Below are positions 14,735-23,957 of a stretch of DNA of 64,000 bases, in pieces. The stretch lies in NCBI GenBank assembly GCA_964432485.1, contig CAYSNP010000003.1, forward strand, positions 20,232-84,231, written 5' to 3'. Position 1 is the stretch's first letter, and every line of letters starts with the position of its first letter. The position numbers were made by a program, and so were the translations under genes. The DNA is from an uncultured Christensenellaceae bacterium. GTDB taxonomy: Bacteria > Bacillota > Clostridia > Christensenellales > DTU072. Below the pieces are notes generated by a model that saw only the letters and a program-made list of their open reading frames with translations, ran no database searches and was not told the origin of the DNA.

Positions 14735-17407
14735 TTATTTTCCGCAACACATTTTATACTTCTTGCCCGAACCGCAAGGGCAAGGAGAATTTCTGCCCGG
14801 TCTAGAATTAACTTTTACGGTAATTTTTTCCGCTTCTTGCCTTTGCCGCTCCATAAAAGCATTGCGCCTTTCTATCACTTGTTCGACATTTACTTTGCAC
14901 AATATAATAGCGGCACTATTTTGTATGCTTTCTATCATATCGTCAAACATTTCAAAACCTTCTCTGCGATACTCCAGCACAGGGTCTTTTTGCCCGTATC
15001 CTCGCAAGCCTACTCCCTGTTTTAGCGCATCCATAGCGTCAATATGGTCCATCCAATGCCTGTCCACTTGATTGAGCAGCACCGTCCTTTCTGTTTCTCT
15101 AAAATCTATACCGCTGCTTTCCGCTAAAGCCAGCTTTTCGTCAAATTGCTTGCAAGCCTCACTATAAACAGCGTCCACAATAGCGTGAAAATCAATTTTG
15201 CCGCAAAGCTCGGGCGTGATAATATTTGTGCCCTTTTTCAGCACTTTTTGCTCAAGTGCGCTATTAAAGCCTTCTATATCTATCTCTATATCGTCGCCTT
15301 CTTTGAAGTCCACAAAACTGGTCACTATTGAACTGCAAATAGGCTCTATAAACCGCTTAATCTGTTCATGCACATCGGCGCCCTTTAGCACATCGTCCCT
15401 TTGCGAATAAATAAGTTCCCTTTGCTTATTCATAACATCATCGTAATTAAGCACATATTTTCTGCGCTCAAAGTTGTTTTCCTCACAGCGTTTTTGCGCA
15501 TTTTCTATTTGTTTAGCCAGTAGCGGCATTTGAATTACTGTATCCTCATCTCGGGTTAGCGTCTCTACCATAGATTTTAGCCTGTCGCCGCCAAAACGCT
15601 TTAACAGCTCATCCTCAAAAGACAAATAAAATAAGCTGCCGCCCTCATCGCCCTGACGCCCCGTTCTGCCTCTAAGCTGATTGTCTATGCGCCTGCTCTC
15701 ATGTCTTGTAGTGCCTATCACTCTAAGCCCGCCAAGGCTTTTTACCTCTTCTTTTTCCGCATCGGTAATTGCTTTATACTCTGTTACAAGCTCCTTGAAT
15801 TTTTGTCGGGCAGCTATTAAGTTTTCCTCTTTCAAATTGATAAAAGAGTCTGCATAATATATTTCCTCCGACGTGTAGCCCAAATTTTCCATAGCTCTTT
15901 TGGCCATATATTCAGGGTTGCCGCCTAGCAGAATATCTGTGCCTCGACCCGCCATATTGGTTGCAATTGTGACCGCTCCTTTTCTGCCCGCTTGCGCAAT
16001 AATTTCCGCTTCTCGGGCATGGCTTTTAGCATTTAGCACATTATGAGTTATCTTTTTCTTTTTTAGCAATGAGCTTATATGCTCACTTACATCCACATCC
16101 ACCGTGCCTACCAGCATAGGTTGCCCTTTTGCATGCAATTCTACAATTTCGTCAATCACAGCATCATATTTTTTATTAAGAGAAAGATAAACCTTGTCCG
16201 GCTCATCAGCCCTTATCAAAGGCATATTTGTAGGTATTTCAATAACATCCAACTCATAAATCCCTCTGAACTCTCCTTCCTCAGTCATAGCAGTACCGGT
16301 CATACCGCTAAGTTTTTTATAAAGACGAAACAAATTTTGAAAAGTTATGGTAGCAATAGTTTTATTTTCCTTTTTTACCTTAACATTCTCTTTAGCCTCT
16401 ATTGCTTGGTGCAAACCTTCGGAATAGCGGCGGCCTATCATTTTGCGGCCGGTAAACTCGTCTACAATAATAACTTCGCCATTTTCTACGATATAATCCT
16501 TATCCCTTTGCATAATTTTGCAAGCCCGCAAGGCAGAATTGATTTTAAGGTTAAGGTCTGCATTTTCTGCAGTACTTAAATTGTCAATCCTAAAGAAACG
16601 CTCTGCCTTTTCCACACCGCTTTCATTGAGATATACATTCTTATCCTTTTCGTCTATGGTATAGTCCTCTTCTCGCAAACCGCTGATAAAGCGATTGACC
16701 GTAAAGTAAATATCGCTGGATCTCCCGATAGGAGCGGAAATAATAAGAGGGGTGCGTGCCTCATCAATTAAAATGCTGTCCACCTCGTCAATAATGGCAA
16801 AGTTTTGCCCTCGCTGCATTTTATGCTCCATCTTAGTAGCCATATTATCTCTAAGATAATCAAAACCTATCTCGTTATTGGTAGCGTAAGTAATATCCGA
16901 ATTGTATGCCGCTTTTTTATCTTCTGCCGGCATATTGTTTAGGATTACACCCACGCTAAGCCCAAGGAACTTATAAATCTTGCCCATCCATTCAGCGTCA
17001 CGGGCTGCCAAATAGTCATTGACGGTTACAATATGCACCCCTTTTTCCTCTAGCGCATTGAGATATGCAGGCAAGGTTGCTACCAAAGTTTTACCTTCGC
17101 CGGTCTTCATTTCTGCAATCCTGCCTTGGTGCAATGCTATGCCGCCAACCAATTGCACGTAAAAGTGGCGCATATTCAGCACTCTTTTAGACGCCTCTCT
17201 TACTACCGCAAAAGCCTCAGGCAATATATCGTCAAGAGTTTCGCCCGCTTTTAGCCTTTCTTTGAAGACTGTAGTTTGCGCTCTTAGCTCCTCATCCGAA
17301 AATGCTGCGTAATGCTCCTCAAGAGCCTCTATTTTATCAGCTATAATTCTTAGTTTTTTTAGCTGTTTTTCTTTTTCTTTTCCAAATAGTTTACTAAAGA
17401 AACCCAT
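14735..17407 (-). CDS. secA: preprotein translocase ATPase SecA
   Basis: 890 aa. Walker A MKTGEGKTL, DEVDSILIDEARTPLIIS, and a C-terminal zinc finger CPCGSGKKYKMCCGK. Confidence 0.95.
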   Translation of the reverse strand: MGFFSKLFGKEKEKQLKKLRIIADKIEALEEHYAAFSDEELRAQTTVFKERLKAGETLDDILPEAFAVVREASKRVLNMRHFYVQLVGGIALHQGRIAEMKTGEGKTLVATLPAYLNALEEKGVHIVTVNDYLAARDAEWMGKIYKFLGLSVGVILNNMPAEDKKAAYNSDITYATNNEIGFDYLRDNMATKMEHKMQRGQNFAIIDEVDSILIDEARTPLIISAPIGRSSDIYFTVNRFISGLREEDYTIDEKDKNVYLNESGVEKAERFFRIDNLSTAENADLNLKINSALRACKIMQRDKDYIVENGEVIIVDEFTGRKMIGRRYSEGLHQAIEAKENVKVKKENKTIATITFQNLFRLYKKLSGMTGTAMTEEGEFRGIYELDVIEIPTNMPLIRADEPDKVYLSLNKKYDAVIDEIVELHAKGQPMLVGTVDVDVSEHISSLLKKKKITHNVLNAKSHAREAEIIAQAGRKGAVTIATNMAGRGTDILLGGNPEYMAKRAMENLGYTSEEIYYADSFINLKEENLIAARQKFKELVTEYKAITDAEKEEVKSLGGLRVIGTTRHESRRIDNQLRGRTGRQGDEGGSLFYLSFEDELLKRFGGDRLKSMVETLTRDEDTVIQMPLLAKQIENAQKRCEENNFERRKYVLNYDDVMNKQRELIYSQRDDVLKGADVHEQIKRFIEPICSSIVTSFVDFKEGDDIEIDIEGFNSALEQKVLKKGTNIITPELCGKIDFHAIVDAVYSEACKQFDEKLALAESSGIDFRETERTVLLNQVDRHWMDHIDAMDALKQGVGLRGYGQKDPVLEYRREGFEMFDDMIESIQNSAAIILCKVNVEQVIERRNAFMERQRQEAEKITVKVNSRPGRNSPCPCGSGKKYKMCCGK

Positions 17408-17436
17408 TTTATTACCTCAAAAAATTATATGCCCAT

Positions 17437-17465
17437 ATTGTACCATGATTAATCGTTTTTTTCAA
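17437..17465 (-). promoter_or_regulatory. secA promoter (TTGAAA-17-TACAAT on the minus strand)
   Basis: The reverse complement reads ttgaaa aaaacgattaatcatgg tacaat. Located about 30 nt upstream of the secA ATG. Confidence 0.5.
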
Positions 17466-17504
17466 ATAATTAGTATAGGCGGTACAAAATTAACAAATTA
17501 TCCT

Positions 17505-17539
17505 TATAAAAAAAATGGCGGCGGCATTAATGCCGCCGC
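17505..17539 (-). terminator. terminator-like GC hairpin with T-run (minus-strand sense) just upstream of the secA promoter
   Basis: gcggcggca ttaa tgccgccgc with an A9 run on the plus side, which is a T-run on the minus strand. No minus-strand gene lies upstream within the intergenic region, so its role is unclear (insulator?). Confidence 0.4.
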
Positions 17540-17685
17540 ACCTAATTTTCAGGCTTTTTAAGTCAAAAAGTTATTAAAGCAGCTTATAATAAATGTATAT
17601 TATCGTTTAAGTGATATTTATATAATCAAACTCATATTTTATAAAGAAATCTAAATATATTCTGGCTACAGCTTTCCATATCTTA

Positions 17686-17726
17686 TGTGGATAAGTCTGT
17701 GGACAGCTTATGCTTTTTGTGGACAA
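17686..17726. promoter_or_regulatory. cluster of three DnaA-box-like 9-mers
   Basis: TGTGGATAA (17686-94) is a perfect reverse complement of TTATCCACA. TGTGGACAG (17698-706) and TGTGGACAA (17718-26) follow, all in the same orientation, next to a ~120-bp AT-rich tract. Confidence 0.4.
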
Positions 17727-17812
17727 CTACCCCTTCTTTGGCTTGCTGCTGTCGAATATTGTATTAATTTACACAAAAAGGTAACCCAAAATGGCAGTTA
17801 TATAGGTGATTC

Positions 17813-18511
17813 ATGGTTATATTTCTAAAAAGAAAACATTTGAAATTTATTGCAATTATTTTGTTGCTTTGCTCTTTGGCAATTGCCGCTACGCATACTT
17901 ACATTAAAGGAGCCGCTACTCCTGCTAAGACCCATATTGTACTTGATGCGGGACATGGCGGGGTAGACCTTGGCGTTATAGGCAAGGTTAGCGGCACTTC
18001 GGAAGCGGAGCTCAATTTGATAATAGTAAAGAGCCTAGAAAAAAAGCTAAAAGAGCACAATTTTGCAGTTACCTTAACTCGTAAGGATGAGCAAGGATTA
18101 TACGACTCTAGGATACCGGGATTTAAGTTAAGGGATATGAAAGAGCGCAAAAGGATTATAGAGCAAGCGCAGCCAAGTTTGGTAATAAGCATCCATTGCA
18201 ACAAATTCCCTCGTTCTGATGTAAGGGGGGCGCAAGTATTTTATGAGCCTTCCAGCCCCAAAAGCGTAAACCTTGCCAAGGCTATACAAAGCAATTTAAA
18301 TATCCTTAACCGTGAATATGTTGGACGCCCTTATGAATGCCATTCCGGCGATTACTATATTCTTAAATGCTCTCCCTATCCCAGCGTAATTGTAGAATGC
18401 GGATTCCTTAGCAACCCCGAGGACGATGCCCTTCTTAACAGCAAGGTTTATCAAGACAAGATAATATATGCTATTTTTTCGGGTATTGTAGGCTATCTGG
18501 CGCAAAATTAG
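17813..18511 (+). CDS. N-acetylmuramoyl-L-alanine amidase, CwlD-like (Amidase_3)
   Basis: N-terminal anchor, LDAGHGGVDLG, E..LNL and SIHCN zinc-ligand pattern. The 232-aa size is typical of germination amidase CwlD. Confidence 0.75.
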   Translation: MVIFLKRKHLKFIAIILLLCSLAIAATHTYIKGAATPAKTHIVLDAGHGGVDLGVIGKVSGTSEAELNLIIVKSLEKKLKEHNFAVTLTRKDEQGLYDSRIPGFKLRDMKERKRIIEQAQPSLVISIHCNKFPRSDVRGAQVFYEPSSPKSVNLAKAIQSNLNILNREYVGRPYECHSGDYYILKCSPYPSVIVECGFLSNPEDDALLNSKVYQDKIIYAIFSGIVGYLAQN

Positions 18512-18595
18512 CTGATATACTTTAAGGCAAGATACCCTTTACATATATCAAGAATCATTGTATTATAGTAATAGGATAAAAAAAGAGGATTTTTT

Positions 18596-19555
18596 ATGCA
18601 ACAATATCTTGTTTATTTTATGTTTGTAGCAGGCTTTGTGCTTATCATTAAAGGCGGAGATTTTTTAGTAGACTCTGCTATCAAAATAGCTAAAGCAACA
18701 GGTATATCCGAAGTAATTATTGGCGCAACAATAGTTAGTCTTGCCACCACACTGCCGGAAATCTTAGTAAGCGTAATTGCTACTGCCAGAGGGTCAATAG
18801 AGTTTGCAGTAGGCAATGCCACCGGTAGTATGCTAAGCAATTTGGGGCTTACCTTAGCTTTGCTTTTATCAATCAAAACCGTAAAGATTCAAGGCAGAGC
18901 TTTACCCGTAAAAGCCGCATATCTGGTTGCGTCAGCTCTGCTTGCCTATGTTTGCATAGCACTTGACCGTAAACTTGACGCTTGGGAAGGCTGTGTACTG
19001 CTAGGCGGGTTTTTGCTTTTTATGGCAATCAATGTAGTAGAAGCCAAACGAGCCGCTAAAAATAGTAAAAATGATAGCGAATATTGCAAAGAAGAGACAG
19101 GCGGCAAAACAAATATGGTGTTATTATTTTTGTTAGGCGCGGTAGGAATTGGCTCAGGGGCATGGTTGCTGGTAGAGTATGGGACTAAGGTTGCCGGCAT
19201 TTTAGGAGTGCCCGACCGCCTTATAGCTGTTACAATGGTAGCCATAGGGACAGGGCTGCCGGAATTGGTGACCGGGCTTGCCTCTATCAGAAAGGATAAG
19301 GCGCATTTATGCATAGGCAATATAATAGGGGCAAATATCATAAATGGCTCGTTGCTGCTTGGGCTGGTAAGCATAATTGGCAATGGCATTGCCTTGCAAG
19401 GCTCTGTTTTCTTAGAGCTTCCGCTTATAATGCTTATCTCGCTGATTTTAGTAGTGCCTTTGATACTTAAAAAGCGCAGCTACAGATGGCAAGGCTTTAC
19501 AATGCTGGCAATTTATGCGGCATTTATAACTTACAATATAATTGCAGTCAGATAA
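18596..19555 (+). CDS. Ca2+/Na+ antiporter family (CaCA, YrbG-like) membrane protein
   Basis: Two alpha-repeat regions (GATIVSLATTLPE and AIGTGLPELVTG), about 10 TM helices, 319 aa. Confidence 0.75.
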   Translation: MQQYLVYFMFVAGFVLIIKGGDFLVDSAIKIAKATGISEVIIGATIVSLATTLPEILVSVIATARGSIEFAVGNATGSMLSNLGLTLALLLSIKTVKIQGRALPVKAAYLVASALLAYVCIALDRKLDAWEGCVLLGGFLLFMAINVVEAKRAAKNSKNDSEYCKEETGGKTNMVLLFLLGAVGIGSGAWLLVEYGTKVAGILGVPDRLIAVTMVAIGTGLPELVTGLASIRKDKAHLCIGNIIGANIINGSLLLGLVSIIGNGIALQGSVFLELPLIMLISLILVVPLILKKRSYRWQGFTMLAIYAAFITYNIIAVR

Positions 19556-19576
19556 AAGATTGATAAAGGAGTTTCT

Positions 19577-21313
19577 ATGGATAAGTATTTAGTGCGTTAC
19601 AACACCTGGCTTCAGCAATTAAGCGGTCAGGAAAAAGAGCGGCTGGAACAAATCGGCAAGGAGGATAACTTAATTAAAGAAAGATTCCTTTTGCCTTTGG
19701 AGTTTGGCACAGCAGGTATGCGTGGCGAAATAGACCTTGGCATAGGAAGAATGAATATTTATACGGTAAGAAGGGCAACCGCAGGGCTGGCAGAGTTTAT
19801 TTTAGCAGAAAATAAGGGCAATTCCGGGGTAGTTTTAGCATACGATACCCGCAATATGAGCCTGGAGTTTGCCTTAGCGGCAGCGGAAGTGCTTGCCGCT
19901 TATCGTATAAAAGTATATATTTATGAGGATGTGCGTCCTGTTGCGCTATGCTCCTTTGCTGTGCGCTATTTTGGAGCGGCGGCAGGCATTATGATTACTG
20001 CCAGTCACAATCCCAAGGAATACAATGGCTTTAAGGTTTATGGTTCTGACGGTGCGCAAATGGAACTTGCGGACACCCAAAAGGTAGTGAGCTATATTAA
20101 CTTGATAGAGGACTATTTTTCTGTTAAAGCTACTCCCATCAAGATTGAAAAAGGCATAAAGGGACTTGACAATTATAAGCTGACTAGCTATGTAACAGTA
20201 ATAGGTGCTTGTGTAGATGAGGCGTATTACAAGCAAGTGCATGCCTTATCGCTATCCCAAGAGGCATTGGCAAAAAACGCAGATAAAATAAAAATCGTAT
20301 ACACCCCTATACACGGTACAGGGTATAAGCCGGTAGTAGAGATTCTTTCCCGTATAGGCATTAAGCCGATATTGGTAAAAGAGCAATGCACAAAAGATGC
20401 CTCCTTTTCTACCGTAAAGCTCCCCAACCCCGAATATAAAGAAACCCTTGCTATGGGCATAGAGCTGGCAGAGCAGGCAACAGCAGATATTGTGCTGGGC
20501 ACTGACCCTGATTGCGATAGAGTAGGAGCGGCAATAAAAGACAGTTTGGGTAACTTTATTACGCTTTCGGGTAACCAAATCGGCATTTTATTGCTTGACT
20601 ATATTTTAGAAAGACTTGCTGCCACAAGTGCTTTGCCTGCAAACGGAGCAATAATTAAAACTATTGTAACCTCCACTCTTGCCGATAAGATAGCCGAGAA
20701 TTATGGCATTACGGTAATAGATGTACTTACGGGATTTAAGTATATAGGCGAAAAGATTAAACTTTGGGAGCAAAGCTGCGAGCATAGCTTTGTCTTTGGA
20801 TTTGAAGAAAGCCATGGCTATTTGCGCGGCACTCATGTAAGGGATAAAGACGGGGTTGTAGCTTGTATGCTTTTTGCAGAAATGGCAGTCTATCTTAATT
20901 CTAAGGGTGAGAGCGTACACTCCCGACTTATTAATTTATTCAAAAAATACGGTTGGTACACCGAGCGCAATCTTTCTATCGAATATAAAGGCTTGCAAGC
21001 TATGGGGGAGCAGCGCTCCATTATGGAAGCAATCAAGCAAAAACCTGTTTGGCAACTAGCCGACTATTCAGTACTATATAATATCAATTACGACATAGGC
21101 GAACAGCTTTTTGCAGACGGCAGCAAAGCGCAAGTATCCTTACCCAAGACCAATGCTGTATATTACGGTTTAGAACAAAAAGATTTTATTTGTATTAGAC
21201 CTTCGGGCACAGAACCAAAATTAAAAGTTTATGTACTATGTAGCGCAAATAGCGAAACTGCCAGCTCAAAAAAGGCAAATAAACTACTGGAAGCAGTAAA
21301 AAAGCTATTGTAA
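19577..21313 (+). CDS. phosphoglucomutase/phosphomannomutase family protein
   Basis: 578 aa. Active-site loop TASHNPKEYNGFKVY, metal loop GTDPDCDR, sugar loop GFEESHG. Confidence 0.85.
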   Translation: MDKYLVRYNTWLQQLSGQEKERLEQIGKEDNLIKERFLLPLEFGTAGMRGEIDLGIGRMNIYTVRRATAGLAEFILAENKGNSGVVLAYDTRNMSLEFALAAAEVLAAYRIKVYIYEDVRPVALCSFAVRYFGAAAGIMITASHNPKEYNGFKVYGSDGAQMELADTQKVVSYINLIEDYFSVKATPIKIEKGIKGLDNYKLTSYVTVIGACVDEAYYKQVHALSLSQEALAKNADKIKIVYTPIHGTGYKPVVEILSRIGIKPILVKEQCTKDASFSTVKLPNPEYKETLAMGIELAEQATADIVLGTDPDCDRVGAAIKDSLGNFITLSGNQIGILLLDYILERLAATSALPANGAIIKTIVTSTLADKIAENYGITVIDVLTGFKYIGEKIKLWEQSCEHSFVFGFEESHGYLRGTHVRDKDGVVACMLFAEMAVYLNSKGESVHSRLINLFKKYGWYTERNLSIEYKGLQAMGEQRSIMEAIKQKPVWQLADYSVLYNINYDIGEQLFADGSKAQVSLPKTNAVYYGLEQKDFICIRPSGTEPKLKVYVLCSANSETASSKKANKLLEAVKKLL

Positions 21314-21322
21314 CGGGACAAA

Positions 21323-21574
21323 GTCATTGCGAGCGTTAGCGAAGCAATCCAGCCTCCGGAGCGCTGCTCCTTGAATAAAATAACCTTACAGCGCCTTGCT
21401 CCTTTGCCCCACCTTAATCATTTGCGTACCGCAAATGTATTTCATCATTTACGCAGTAAATGGATTGCATCACTTGCTTCAGCAAGTGCATTTCATCACG
21501 CTTTAGCGTGTATAATTGCCCTGGATTGCTTCGGCACTTTGTGCCTCGCAAAGACGGTAAGGCAAAGTCATTGC
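21323..21574. repeat. composite palindromic repeat element; core is a 4-hairpin array in inverted orientation (21407-21523)
   Basis: Left arm gtcattgcgag..cgaagcaatccag, right arm ctggattgcttcg..ctcgcaaagac. The reverse complement of the core equals gggcaattatacacgctaaagcgtg-atgaaatg-cacttgctgaagcaagtg-atgcaatc-catttactgcgtaaatg-atgaaata-catttgcggtacgcaaatg-attaaggtgggg. Confidence 0.75.
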
Positions 21575-21608
21575 TAATAGTACAGTTCAACAAAGTTTTA
21601 CATCAAAG

Positions 21609-21631
21609 AAAAAAGCCGCGAATTGCGGCTT
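21609..21631. terminator. bidirectional rho-independent terminator
   Basis: aaaaaagccgc gaatt gcggcttttt: a 7-bp stem flanked by an A-run and a T-run. Confidence 0.75.
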
Positions 21632-21635
21632 TTTG

Positions 21636-22163
21636 CTAGAATCTATATCTTTCTTTCCATTTGGGCTTATATAATACCTCTCCTAGTATCATTGCTTCTA
21701 GTACAGCTTTATTGCCTTCTTCTGTTATATCATCACTATATGCCAGTCTTTGGTAAAGAGGGCTTACAGTAGAGCCAGTTTTTTCTTCTATTACGGTAAT
21801 TTTGCTTTTTGATACTGTTTGCAACTTAGAGGGCTTTAGCTTTTGATATGAGTATTTTACTAAAACTGTTGGACGGATGTTGCTTGGCTTTATGGAAGAT
21901 TTAGTTTTTTCTATTGTCCAATCTGTTTTGGGCTTTTCCGGCTTTTTTGCTTTAGGTTTTGCAATAGGAGCACCGGGCTGCCTTCCTGCTTTTTGCCTTA
22001 TTTCATCTGCAAGATTGTAGTAGCCGCCCTTAGGGCTATACCCCTCATTGCGTGGAGCAATGGGGGGTTGTTGCCGCTTGTTGCCGCTGTCTTGAGAGGA
22101 GAAGCCAATGATTACTATCAGAATCACTACTCCTAAAAAGATAAATATAGGAATTGCTGTCAT
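21636..22163 (-). CDS. membrane-anchored basic protein (175 aa), third gene of the nfeD-floA operon, function unknown
   Basis: N-terminal TM helix, Lys/Pro-rich middle. Starts 14 nt after the floA stop. Confidence 0.55.
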   Translation of the reverse strand: MTAIPIFIFLGVVILIVIIGFSSQDSGNKRQQPPIAPRNEGYSPKGGYYNLADEIRQKAGRQPGAPIAKPKAKKPEKPKTDWTIEKTKSSIKPSNIRPTVLVKYSYQKLKPSKLQTVSKSKITVIEEKTGSTVSPLYQRLAYSDDITEEGNKAVLEAMILGEVLYKPKWKERYRF

Positions 22164-22176
22164 TTATGCTTACCTA

Positions 22177-23214
22177 TCAACCTTTATCTTTGGGTTTAGA
22201 GGGTTTTGCAGTAGGTTTTTCCGAACCGCTCAGTGCATTGCGCATAGAGGTATCCGCTTGAATATTTTGCATTTGGTAGTAATCCATTATGCCCAACCTG
22301 CCTGTCCTAAAGGCTTCTGCCATAGCTCTTGGCACTTCGCTTTCCGCCTCTATAACTTTAGCGCGCATTTCTTGAGATTTTGCTTTCATTTCTTGCTCAA
22401 GAGCTACCGCCATTGCCCTGCGCTCTTCCGCTTTTGCCTCTGCAATACTCTTATCCGCTTCCGCTTGGTCGATTTGCAGTTGTGCGCCCACATTACGCCC
22501 TACATCAATATCAGCTATATCAATGGAAAGTATTTCAAAAGCTGTACCTGCATCCAGTCCTTTATCCAGCACAGTCTTGCTGATAAGGTCGGGATTCTCC
22601 AGCACTTCCTTATGGGTTTCTGCGCTGCCTACGGTAGTAACAATACCTTCGCCTACTCTGGCAATAATAGTTTCTTCCCCTGCGCCGCCAATAAGTCTGG
22701 AAATATTTGCCCTAACGGTAACTCTGGCTTTAGTCCGCAATTCTATACCGTTTTTTGCAATTGCCGAAACTTCCGGCGTTTCAATAACTTTAGGGTTTAC
22801 GCTAACATTGACAGCCTCCAGCACATTGCGCCCTGCAAGGTCAATCCCCATAGCGGTCTTTGTAGACAATTCGATATTAGCCGCATGTGCGCTGATAAGA
22901 GCCCTTACCACCCTTAGCACATCGCCTTTTGCCATAGCATGGCTTTCCATAACATCTATATCTATATCTAGGCCTGCTTTTTTGGACTGAATGTATGCCT
23001 CCACAATCATAGCCACCTTGACTTTGCGCCAACGCATACCTACCAGCCTTCCCATAGAGACAGGCGCGCCGGACACCAAAGAGGTGAACCACAAGTTCAC
23101 GGGCACGATTATTGCTATAATGATAATAAGGACAACCAGCAAAGTAATGGCAATGGCAATTGCCGCTCCTGTGCTAATCAATAGAAATGGTATCATTTGA
23201 TTTCCTCCTAACAA
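22177..23214 (-). CDS. floA: flotillin-like protein FloA
   Basis: Colinear by eye with B. subtilis FloA/YqfA: [84 protein letters not shown]. Confidence 0.9.
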   Translation of the reverse strand: MLGGNQMIPFLLISTGAAIAIAITLLVVLIIIIAIIVPVNLWFTSLVSGAPVSMGRLVGMRWRKVKVAMIVEAYIQSKKAGLDIDIDVMESHAMAKGDVLRVVRALISAHAANIELSTKTAMGIDLAGRNVLEAVNVSVNPKVIETPEVSAIAKNGIELRTKARVTVRANISRLIGGAGEETIIARVGEGIVTTVGSAETHKEVLENPDLISKTVLDKGLDAGTAFEILSIDIADIDVGRNVGAQLQIDQAEADKSIAEAKAEERRAMAVALEQEMKAKSQEMRAKVIEAESEVPRAMAEAFRTGRLGIMDYYQMQNIQADTSMRNALSGSEKPTAKPSKPKDKG

Positions 23215-23233
23215 ATAATAAAGTATTTATATA

Positions 23234-23764
23234 TTACTCTGCTCTTTTAACCAGAATCTTAACGCCTTCTACGCCGATAACCCTTACGCCTTCGCCTTTT
23301 GCAATGTAAAAACCGTCAGCCACCACATCATAGATTTCTTCACCTAGCTGCGCTCTTCCCACAGGTCTAAGGTCGGTGGTGGCTATCCCGATTGAGCCTA
23401 TAAGACTAGTATAATCCTTAGTCCCTTCAGTTATTCCATTACCTAAAACAGAGCCCTTTTGTATAATTGGCGACCGAAAAATCCATCCTTTTTTTGCGCT
23501 GGAAAGCATAACTAAAAATGCGCTGATTATCGAAATACATATAATAAATATCATTATAAAAGCCTGAGCCAAAGGCGTGCCGTGCCCGGCAGATACATGA
23601 ATAAAGATAGAGGCTATGCAAAGTATAATGCCTAAAGTACCAAAGATGCCGAATCCGGGCTGAAAAATCTCCACAATTATAAAAACAAGTCCTGCAACAA
23701 GACAAATCACCGCTACAGCATTTATCGTGGAAAAAAATATACCAATTTCTTGAAAGATACTCAT
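23234..23764 (-). CDS. NfeD-family membrane protein
   Basis: About 4 N-terminal TM helices plus a C-terminal OB-like soluble domain (GIATTDLRPVGRAQLGEEIYDVVADGFYIAKGEGVRVIGVEG). Sits upstream of floA, as in Bacillus. Confidence 0.8.
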   Translation of the reverse strand: MSIFQEIGIFFSTINAVAVICLVAGLVFIIVEIFQPGFGIFGTLGIILCIASIFIHVSAGHGTPLAQAFIMIFIICISIISAFLVMLSSAKKGWIFRSPIIQKGSVLGNGITEGTKDYTSLIGSIGIATTDLRPVGRAQLGEEIYDVVADGFYIAKGEGVRVIGVEGVKILVKRAE

Positions 23765-23957
23765 TTTTAGAGCTCCTTATTATATTGCAATTTCAAGTAT
23801 ACAGCCAATTTATTTATATGTCAAGTATTATGAAAATTACAGTCTTGGCACAATTATATTGACAACAGGGCAACGATACCTAGCTTTAGTATGAGAACAA
23901 TAAGCTAAAAAAAAGAATACCTTATAATATAAATATAAACAAGGAGATATTAAAGAG

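Noticed and set aside
17560-17726. Chromosomal replication origin (DnaA boxes plus an AT-rich tract)
   Set aside because: There are only three boxes, two of them imperfect, and no dnaA, dnaN or rpmH nearby. Gene orientation flips several times across the window rather than once here. Kept only as a low-interest DnaA-box cluster.
21371-21577. 68-aa ORF, plus ORFs 57110..57505, 57184..57402, 56856..57083 and 57000..57197
   Set aside because: All lie inside the palindromic and hairpin repeat elements and translate to the repetitive His/Leu/Asn/Ala strings typical of repeat-derived pseudo-ORFs. None has an RBS.
22108-22917. 269-aa plus-strand ORF, along with 22523..22990 and other ORFs antisense to floA
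   Set aside because: It lies entirely antisense to a confidently identified floA, has a Cys/Phe/His-rich nonsense composition and has no RBS.
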